Below, piece by piece: positions 46,761-64,000 of a stretch of DNA of 64,000 nucleotides (position 1 is the first letter of the stretch; each line of letters starts with the position of its first letter). The DNA is from the human T2T-CHM13v2.0 reference genome, Homo sapiens, in the NCBI RefSeq assembly GCF_009914755.1, contig NC_060935.1, one strand, 5' to 3'. The notes beneath the pieces were generated by a model. That model did no database searches, was not told the origin of the DNA, and saw nothing but the letters and a program-made list of their open reading frames with translations. The translations under genes were made by a program, and so were the position numbers.

Positions 46761-49289
46761 GATGTTGCAGAGTTTGTGTGTGTAGTAATCAATCCTATAC
46801 CTGCTTGGCCAAGGAAAGATGACTCCTATCAAAATATTTCCACGAACCCCCAGGAAGAGACATTCTCCTCCTCCTTGTTCTGCTGGAGGACAGCTGGATA
46901 GCCTGGCCTCCAAAGACCTGCAGCTCTTTCCCCGCCTGGGCCCACCCAGCCACTTCCACCACTGGGGTGGCTGAATCAGGAAACTGATCTTCCTGTGTCT
47001 GCTCTAACACCCTTCTCCACTATATCCTCACTTGACTGTTGAGCTTGGCTTACCATGCTGGACTCTTCCTTGCCCTTTATGGTGTGTTTCCATTTTGGGT
47101 CCCTAACTATCCCTCTAGGTAATCTGGCTCCTGCTGACTGCCCCCCACCTAGCTTCATCATTCTCTTGGCATGTGTCTAAACACGACGGATGATTAGGGT
47201 TCCATCATTTTACAGAAAGCACTCCAGGCCCTATACAAATGAGCCAATGCCAAGGGTCATGAGAAGAAAGGATGTTTCTCACTTCTTCTGGGCAGAAATC
47301 TCCGTCTTGCTGTTGAAGGGATGCAGTCTGATGTCCAACTTCTCTTGTTAGAGGTCGAGATGCCTTGTGAATGTTGTACAGTTCGTGCAAACTGCAGCCT
47401 TGTGCATGAAGCTGGGAGGGTATTTATCATTCATCAGGACTCTGAGATCCATGAAATCTTTGATTGGTTCAAACCCATTCTGTCTAACTTCAAAGATGAG
47501 TTCTTAACTGCTGCTGTTGAGGTGTAGACTGCCCAGCCCAAAGGGTTTTGGAAATTATCTGGGCTCATATGTACAAAAGAGAAAAGGGGAGGCCCAGAAA
47601 GGTATGTAACTCAGCCCAGCCTTCCCCCTCCCACCCGTTGTTGGTTCTGGGCTGGGACCCAGTGGGTGTCCAGATGCCTGACAACATTCTCCAGGCCAAG
47701 ATACATAAGAGTCCTGTGGTCTGGGGATGCGAGGACAGCTGGACAAACAGCTTGGGGACTGCGGGGCCAGTCTCCTGCCAGGACCTGGTGCCCTCATGGG
47801 GGAGTGGGTGGAGTGCTGAGGGCAGCAGGGGATAGTGGGCCCCTACAAGCACCCTCCCTCTCTAAGCCTGTGCCAACCCCACATTGGAGAAGAGCTCCCT
47901 CCTGAATGCCTGACGAGCTCCGAGCCTGGCTGAGTCTAGAAAAGACTCCATTGCAGACTCTGGGCCCGGAATTGTGTTTGGGTCTTGGGATCATCTGAGT
48001 GGCAAGGGATTCCCCAGCAGCCTCCTGGCTCATGGAGAGTTTCTGGATGGGCATACTCTCATAGCAAGTGATTTTCAGAGCCAGGAACTGTCCCTTAGGG
48101 GAACCTTCTGGGCCACTAAAACCTCACAATGGGACTTCCTTGTGCTGACTGGAATATAGAGTTAAATTCTGGTCATGCTCACTGAGAAAGGGTCAAATAT
48201 GGGAATCTCTGATTGGCCCAGAGCCATAGAACCACATGCCATCTAAGTTGAATGCCATCACTCAGGTAAAAACGTCTCATTGTACACATAAGGAGACCAA
48301 GGCCCAGAGCAGGCAAAGGATTTGTCCATGATCACACAGCAAACAAGTCTGGAACTCAACTCTTTGGACTCCATTGTTCTTCCTACCATGCCAGCAGCCA
48401 TCACATATCCCAGATTTTCTGGGATTAAGTCCTGATTTTGTATAACTTTATTCCATTTTATAATTGGGATTTAAAGTGTGGGACTACCTGTGATTTTTGT
48501 TTTTATTCTTTTGTGAGATTTTTCAAATACATAATTTACAGATCATATAAAACACTCTTACTTAGATCACATGTCCTAAGCATGGGTTTGAAACGATTGA
48601 CTTGGGGAGGGTCCAGCAGATTCCAAGTGTCTGCCAGGCCCCTCGCAACATTCTGAGTAAGGAATTCTGAGATACACTGTGAGCTTTGTGCCTTGTGGCC
48701 TGACTATCCTGGCTGACGGATGGTGCAGAAATTAGAAATTCATCCAAAGACTTCCATATAAAGGCTGGACATGAGGCCAGTGACCTATGAGTTGACGCAG
48801 CATGAGGACTCTGCCCAAAAGTGGTGCTCCATATTGGATCTCCATGTACCGAGCCAGGTGGAGTCCCTGCTTAGAGACAGAAGGGAGGGAGTAGAAAAAG
48901 CAAGCGGAGCTGGGGTTATAGAGGAATAAGCAGCAATGGAGAGAAGGAGGAATCCAGAATGGGGATTTGGGGATTGCAAGAAGAACGGGTCTTGTGAGTG
49001 GCCAGTTTGTCCTGAACAACATCTCAGTTCACCATAAGTCCTGACCATGTACCTGGAAAGTATTTTCTTGGGTGTCTTCCCTTCCCTTCATGTGTGTCCT
49101 TGCAATAAGCACCCTGAAGCACAGGAATAGTCATGGCCAGGACATCCTGGCAGCCACTCGGAATTCCGGACAACTGAAAGATGGGGGCATAGTGGGGTCA
49201 GTATTCCTCCCTGAGCCTAGTCCTTCTCCCTCCAGGTCGAGACCCAGTCAAACTAAGGGGAAGCATTGCTGGCTCTGTTGTCAGCTGAT

Positions 49290-49720
49290 CCTAGGCTCCA
49301 CAGTAGAAACTCTATAGGTAGAAACCAGGTTCCAAGATAGAAACTAGGTGGCTTCTCCCCATCCAACCCCATAGCACTCTCAGCATAAGGGCCAGATCTC
49401 AGGGGGCAGTGTAGCACAAGGCTGGTCCTAGGCGCCAGCCCCAGGTTATCTACAGGTTGGCAAGGGGGGAGTCCTGCATCCAACATGATCATAAATGGCC
49501 AGTCCCAGCAGCTTCCCACATGGCTGGATGACAGATGGGCTAGGATGGGAGAACCTTCTTCCCTTCTCATTCTCTTTCCTCTTGCCTCTTGATTCTCTTC
49601 CCTGACTTACCGCCTAACTCCCCTACTTGTGCTTTCTAGGATCTCCTGCCAAATAATCTATGGTACTTGGACTTAAATTCTTGTCTTGAGTCTGCTTCCA
49701 GGGAAACACCCACTAAGACA
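49290..49720 (+). mobile_element. LTR16-like ERVL LTR
   Basis: 3' end TCTTGAGTCTGCTTCCAGGGAAACACCCACTAAGACA; 5' boundary approximate. Confidence 0.55.
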
Positions 49721-50182
49721 CAACTGTGATCACAGTTCATTGTCTGATAAGCAGGGTGCTCAACCCAGGCTCTGGGGCAGTTGAGGGGTGGTCACAGAAG
49801 GCTTTTCAGAGGAATCCATCCAAGCTAGGCCTTAAGGATGAGTTGGCATGAGCCAAGTGCTGTAGAGTTGGATGGGGAGAAGCCAAGTGCTGGGCATGGT
49901 GAAGAGCAGGGGCAGTCTAGGATCTGAAAAAGATCAGTTGAGGCTGGATTTCTGGGTACGAGGTAGAGTGTTAAAAACCAAAGCTGTTGAGGCAGGTTGG
50001 GCCTGGTCATGGCAGGCCTTGTGAAAGACTTTAGATTTTATCCCAGTGGGAAGTCACCAGAAGGTTGACGCAGGGGTACAATACCATCCCTTTCACATTT
50101 ATTAAGCTGTCTCTCAAATATCTAAATACAGATTTGAGAGTAATTAGCTCTGTGGCTGATAATTAAAGCCCTGCAGTATGTC

Positions 50183-50509
50183 TGAGTTGTCCAAGGTGGT
50201 AGCCAGTAGCCACTACTGAGTGCTTGAATTGAGCTAGTCCAAACTGAAATATGCTGCTAGTGGAACATACACACCAGAATTTGAAGACTTAGTCTGAATT
50301 TAAGGTTATAAAATATCTAATTAATAATGTTAATATTGATTAATCCTGAAATGCAATATTTGAATATAGTGGGTCAAATATTATCATATTATGTACATAA
50401 TATATTCAAAATTAATTTCACCTGTTTTCTTTTAGCTTTTTAAAAATGGCTACTAGATGATTTGGAGTTACATATGTGGCTTGCATTCTATTTCCACTGG
50501 ACAGTGCTG
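50183..50509. mobile_element. MER33/MER3-type hAT-Charlie element
   Basis: TGTCCAAGGTGGTAGCCAGTAGCCAC...ACATATGTGGCTTGCATT...TGGACAGTGCTG. Confidence 0.7.
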
Positions 50510-52117
50510 GGGAAGAATGTTACAGGAAGAGTTCCTAGGAAAGATTCCTGGGGCAAATCAGTGTTGAAGAGATGGTAGAGCGAGAGGAGCTGCTTTTGGA
50601 GCTGTTTGGTTACAAGGAGCAGCCCATCAAGTTAGCTTAAACAGAAAGGGGAATTTATTTGGAGAATTCAGGGATATTTAATAGAACCCCGGGGTAAAAA
50701 GCGCATCCAGGGCTGATGAGGAACCGAGACCTGGAATTCATTAAGAACCAGTGGAAGTCGCCTCACCAGCTCTTTTTATCTGGGCCCATGTGGTCTCTTG
50801 TTCTCTTTTTCTCTGTGTGTCTGCCTTATTCTCTTGCTGCAACTGGCTTTCTCTGCTCTATCTGCATCTGGGCCAGCCTAGCCTCATGCTAACCTGCCTT
50901 CCCAGGGCAAGGACAAAGAGATGGATAAGAACCTCTTAAGATCTCAAATCCTAGCCCAGGAGAGAGTATGTGATAAATGAGATTTGGATCTGGAGTGCCC
51001 TGTGGTCTAGTTGGTCACCACCAGAGATGGCAGATTATGGAACTGTTCAGTTGGCAGATTCCGGGGATGCAGATCCTTAGAAAAGGGGTGGGGGCAGGAT
51101 AGGCAAAGTGAACACTGCAGCATTTATAGGATACCGCAGAGGGGCCTGAGAAGGAGTAGCCAGTGTGTGGGGGGGAGCTGCAAACACGTGGCCTCTCAGA
51201 AACTAAGGAAGAAGAGAGTGACCAGTAGGACCAAATTTGCCAAAAGGCCAGTAAGAGGAGGGCTGAAGAGTGACTTATGGATCCAGCACAGGGAGGGGAT
51301 GAGCGTCCTTGGTGAAAGCGGTTCCAGGGAGGGAAGGGGTAGGAGCCGGAGTGCAGTGGGGGAGATGTATGAGGCTAGAAGGTGGATACAGGGGAGGCAG
51401 ACAGCTCCTTTATGAAGTCTGGCTTCGAAGGGGAGAAAGAGCCAGTGTGGCCCTTGGAAGGAGATACAACATCCTGGCATGTGTTTGTGTTGATTTTTGT
51501 TAAGTTGGGAGAAGCCTAAGCTTGTTTAACTGGTGATGGGCGGCAGCCAAGACAGAGGGAATGGGCAGAGACCCCAGAGGGAAAGGGATGGCTGCTGGTG
51601 GAGGGATTGGCTGTTCTGCTGTGGCTGGAGGGAACCGGGAACATGGCAGCAGATATTGACAGCGGTCAGCTACCATTGCAGTTTTCTGATATTGACAGCG
51701 GTCAGCTACCATTGCAGTTTTCTCAGTTAACACGAGAAAAACTATCTGCTGGGCATGGGGCTGAGACATAGATCAGAGATTTGGGGTGATCAGGGGAAAG
51801 AAATCAGGATTGGAGGGGCTCTGGCTTCTGTCTGCAGCCACTCTGGGCTTGGTCAGTCATCTGCTCATATGCATGCTGGGACGTGTAGACACACACATGT
51901 ATTTTCATGCACAGGCGTGGTGTACACACCTCAGAGCACTCACATGTGCTTGCTCATGTTCACATCAGTCCAGCTTGCATGTACCTGTGGTGCCTGTACA
52001 CAGGCCTGTCGTACATGAAGTGTGGATGGACAGATGTGCATGCTCACGTGTCCACACGGTGGCCAGCTCCCATCCCACCCCCATTCCTGAACATCATGGC
52101 TAGAGTTCTTATCGCTG

Positions 52118-52123
52118 TTTATT
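52118..52123 (-). terminator. SLC22A8: SLC22A8 polyadenylation signal AATAAA
   Basis: TTTATT on + strand about 390 nt after the stop. Confidence 0.85.
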
Positions 52124-52513
52124 GAAACCTCCCATCAAAGAAAAGTGTGGGAGGCAAGAAGGGGAGGACTTCTCATCTTGTTAAGACTCAGTCTTGTTAG
52201 GACTGAGCCAGGGGATATCAGGGGACCTCAGGGGAAGAGGACCGGGACAGTGGGGGAAGGTGGCCAGTGGGGAAGGGCTAGACAGAAGAATGGCAGGGCC
52301 TGGGTTGCAGGGAGAACAAGGGCAGGGATGGCTGAACCTTTGAACTGGCCAGGGCTGGGCAGGAGGCTCTGGTGGTGGTGATGGAGACACCTTCACCAAG
52401 CTCTCAGAAGGCTTCATCCTAGGAGGATGGACCTATATGGGGCCTCCCTATACTCCTAAGGTGCCTGGCTAGGATCAGTCTCTGGAGGGCAGGGAAAGGG
52501 GGTTCCGTTGTCC

Positions 52514-60101
<7,588 letters not shown>

Positions 60102-61209
60102 CTGCACAAGAGAAAGGTAGGGCTAGCCTAACTCAGTGTAGACAGCCTGCTCAGCCATGCTCAGCCTGTGGCCTCATACATGTGGGCTTCCTCTCCCAGC
60201 GCCCTGACTTTGCCCCTACCTCCCAAGGACCGTTTCCTTTTTCAGCCCGGCTCGGAGCTCCTTGGGTTTGTCTGTGGCTCTTCGGCCCCTGACCTGCATC
60301 CCTCAGGCATGTGTGGCCTGTCATATGGCTCTCAAAGTCCACTCAGCTACCACATCCAGGTCTGGCCTCAACTGCTTCCTCCTCTCCAAGTTGCCTGCTT
60401 CCCTGTTTGCCTCCTCCCTGCCCCTCACATAGCCCAGGCCAGTCCCTCTGCGTACCCCCTTGACCTTGCCTTCTCTCCTCTACAGGGACGTTCCTCTATC
60501 CTTGCCACCTCTCTTCATCCTGCAGATCCAGTCTCTCTCTCTCTCTGCTCCTCCTCATCAGTATTTAGGTGTGTCCAAATCTCTCCATCTTAAAACCTCT
60601 TTCCTTTCCTCATTCACTCCATTTCTCTCTTCCCTTCAAAGCCAAATCCTTTGAACGAGGAGCTGTACTTGCTGTCACTCCATCCTCATCTCCTTTTCAT
60701 GTCTCACTTCTGCCCCCAACCCATCCACTGAATCTGTGCTTATCAAGGTCACTGAAGTTTCATTTTTACGGCGCACAATGGAACGTCCCTAATCCTGGCC
60801 TGGCTTGCCCTCTGGCAGATGTGGATGCTGCTGATCTCGCCCTCCGTCAGGCTTCCTGCTGTTCTGCACTCCTCGTCTCCTTCACAGCTCGTTTCTCTCT
60901 GCCTAGTCCTTGAAGCTTTCCCAGGGCTCTTCCTGAATCCTCCTCTCTCTCCACTTTCCCCAGGCGATGCCATCTGTTCCTGCGGCTTCAATTCCTATTT
61001 TATACTGAAGATTCCAAATCTACAACTCCAGCCCAACCTATCTTCTGACCCACAGAGGAGTAGATTCAGTGGTCCCACTTGAGAACTCTGCCTGGATAGA
61101 GTCACAGGCACATCCCAGATTCAATGGGACTTATCACCCCACTTCTCATTAAAGTCCCAATCTCAGGGACTGGTAACCTTCTCTTTTTAATTAATTAATT
61201 AATTAAATT

Positions 61210-61486
61210 AATTTTTTTTTGAGACAGGGTCTCACTCTGTCACCCAGGCTGACTACAGTGGCATGATCATGGCTCAATGAAGCCTCAGTCTCCTGGGCTA
61301 AAGCCATCCTCCTAAGTAACTGGGACTACAGGTGTGCATGACCACACCTGGCTAATTTTGGATTTTGTATATAGACAGGAGCTCACTATGTTGCCCAGGC
61401 TGGTCTCTAACTCCTGGCCTCAAGTGATCTGCCTGTCTTGGCCTCCCAAAATACTGGAATTACAGATGTGAGTCACCACATCCAGC
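61210..61486 (-). mobile_element. AluJ
   Basis: Degenerate dimer. Confidence 0.85.
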
Positions 61487-63579
61487 CTCTTTTTTATTTT
61501 TATTTAAAAAAAATTATATCATTTTTAATTGGCAAATCATAATTATATTACATATATGAAAACAATGTGGTGTTTTGATATATGTATGCAATGTGAAGTG
61601 ATTAAATCAAGCTAATTAACATCACTTCATTTACTTGACATTTTTTGTGGTGATACTTTTGAAAGTCACCCTTCTAGTTATGGTGAAATAAACAATACAT
61701 CATTATTCTTGACTGTAGCCATCATGCTGTGAAACAGATCTCAAAACGTATTCCACCCATCTAGCTGAAACTTTGTACCCTTTGATCAGTAACTCCCCAT
61801 TCCTTTCCCCAGCCCCTTCCCCCCGAGCTTTTGGTAACCATCATTCTACTCTCTACTTCTGTGAATTGGACTTTTTTTTAAAGATACCATATATAAATGA
61901 GATCATGCTGATAACCCTCTTGATTCCTTCCTCCCTCTCCTACTCCACAATCACTTGATCTTCAAGATTCTAGCTTTTTGATATTTCTTGAATCTGGATT
62001 CTTCTATTTCCAATACTACTGCCTTAGTGTAGGCCTCATCATCTTGCACTTAGATTAATAATGACAACTGATATTTATTGAGGGTGTTCTAGGTACTGGG
62101 CACTGTTCTAAGCTCTTTCCATGTTTTAACTTTAATCTTCACAATAACCTTATTATGTAGGTGCTAATATCATGCTATTTTACAGATAAAGAACCTGAGG
62201 CCCAGATGAGGCTGCTGCAGCAACCTCTTGACAGGTCTACTGGACTTCGGCCTCATCCCTTCCTAGCCATTCTTTCCCTGATAACCTGAAGGGCTAAAAC
62301 GCCACTCAAATCAGGTGCCTGTCTTGCCTAAAGTGCTCACTGGCTTCTCCTTGCCCTTTCGGTAAAGATAATGCCCCATTAACATGGGTTTATGAGGCCC
62401 TCCATGCTCTGGCCCCTGCCTACCTGTCTGGTCTAATCTGCTAATCCCCAACATGCACCCTTTGCTCCAGCCATCTGAATTACTTGTGCGATGAAGTGGA
62501 GAATTTAATTCAATAGAAATGCCTCACAAGAATGTTTTGGAAGCAAAACATTCCAAAAGGTGAAGAACCAAACATTCCAGGGAGCTCTTTCTCACTTTCC
62601 TCAGTTGGAAGTGAGGGAGAATGGTGGTGGATGGAATCTCCGGGTCCTACAGCTGTCTCAGAGTGGCCCAGCATGGCCAGCAAGCCTGGTGGTCCGTTTT
62701 AGTTGGGAAGGGGGCCTGCATGGTATGTGTGTTGGGAGGAGATGGAGGAGGGACAAAGGTAAAGGAAGAAGCAAGGGGGTGTGAGGTGGAGGAATGTGCA
62801 AGGGGCCATCTAGAGAGACTTCTGGTACTTTGTGGCATGCTGTGTAAAGTCCCTTTAGGAAAATCTAAAGGAGAGACCTACTGTTCACCTAAATTCATTC
62901 ACCCCTTCTTCCATAGTAAATAGCACATTTCCCTGATGACCTTGTACTGAGTGGGGCCATGTAGTTCTTGACAATGGAATGTGAGTAGAAGAGATGTATG
63001 TTACTTCCACCTCATTTGCTTAAGAGGGATTCCCTAGTCTGGACTTGCATGCTTTCTTCCCCTCCTGTTGGTGGGAATGGTGACAACTAGAACAACTCTG
63101 GAGAGTTGCTGTCAGTCTGGGTCCCTGAATGACTCTGTGAAGCAGAACCACCCATTGGCCTAAAATGCTACTCACCTTGGAACTGTTACATGAAAAAGAG
63201 AAACACTTCAATATTTTTCGAGCCATGAATTATTGTTGTTATAATAACCTAGCCTATCCTGATACATCCCATAAGAAGTTGCAAATGGAAATTAGATTTT
63301 TATCCCAACCTCCATGATAATTAGTGCCTTAAGAAATCAATAATCTGTTTGGATCATGAGAAGGTCAATTGTCAGACCTGCTTGGAAGGTTTCAGGCTGC
63401 TGTCCTGCTCCACCATCTGAGACCAGATCTGCTGGATCTTGGTTTCTACCATGATACTTGTGATCATGTAGGCTTTAGAATAACTGTCATGAGCTGGTTT
63501 CTACCAGAAAATTGAGCAATTTACAGAAAATATCATTCCTGGAATAAACTTTTGAGACCTGTTTAGAACATGCCTGAAT

Positions 63580-64000
63580 CCTTACAATGGCTTACGAGGC
63601 CCTGGAAAATCAGCCAACATCTTTATCCCTGTCACCTCTCTGCTCTTACCTGCTACTGCCCTCTCCCTCACATACTCCACTCTCGTTGAATTGTTCGCCT
63701 TGCTGCTCCATAAACATTTCAAGCATGCTCCTACCTCAGAGTCTTGGTGTATGTTGTTCTCTTTTTCTAGAATGTTCTCCCAGATAGCTACTTGACTTGC
63801 ACCTCCTTCAGATCTTTGCTCAAATGTTATCTTCTCAGTGAGACCTCCCTATTTACAATTATAACTCCCAGCAGCCTATACCTCTCTACCCTACTTAATT
63901 TTCTCAGTAGTGCTTATACCATCAGAATGCTGAATGATTTTCCATCTTTTTGGTTTATTGCATGTTTCTCTCCCAAGAATATCAGCCTGATGAAGATAAG
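63580..64000 (+). mobile_element. L2 3' fragment (further L2 pieces at about 60600-61170 and 61930-62480)
   Basis: TCAGATCTTTGCTCAAATGTTATCTTCTCAGTGAGACCT. Confidence 0.7.

Noticed and set aside
46795-49317. Short non-repeat ORFs between SLC22A6 and SLC22A8
   Set aside because: No recognisable protein similarity or exon structure

Overview
Human genomic DNA, recognisable as the chr11q12.3 organic-anion-transporter cluster, with all genes on the minus strand. It contains the complete SLC22A6 (OAT1) gene: 10 coding exons, CDS 36052-43968, 550 aa, or 563 aa via an alternative exon-9 donor. It also contains the 3' nine coding exons of SLC22A8 (OAT3) at 52514-60101; its first coding exon lies beyond the window end. 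The most notable observation is a third, decayed, intron-containing OAT1 paralogue about 17-31 kb downstream of SLC22A6 in the same orientation. Remnants of its exons 1, 5, 6, 7 and 8 lie at 5313-19112. Its promoter is recognisably homologous to the SLC22A6 promoter, and its TATA box was hit by an Alu insertion. Its TM7-TM10 substrate-pocket residues are strongly remodelled. The rest is very Alu-dense, with old L1, L2, MIR, MaLR/ERV solo LTRs (MER50-like, MER41-like with intact STAT motifs, THE1, MLT1) and DNA-transposon MITEs (MER53, MADE1, MER20, MER33). Repeat family names come from remembered consensus sequences and their boundaries are approximate.
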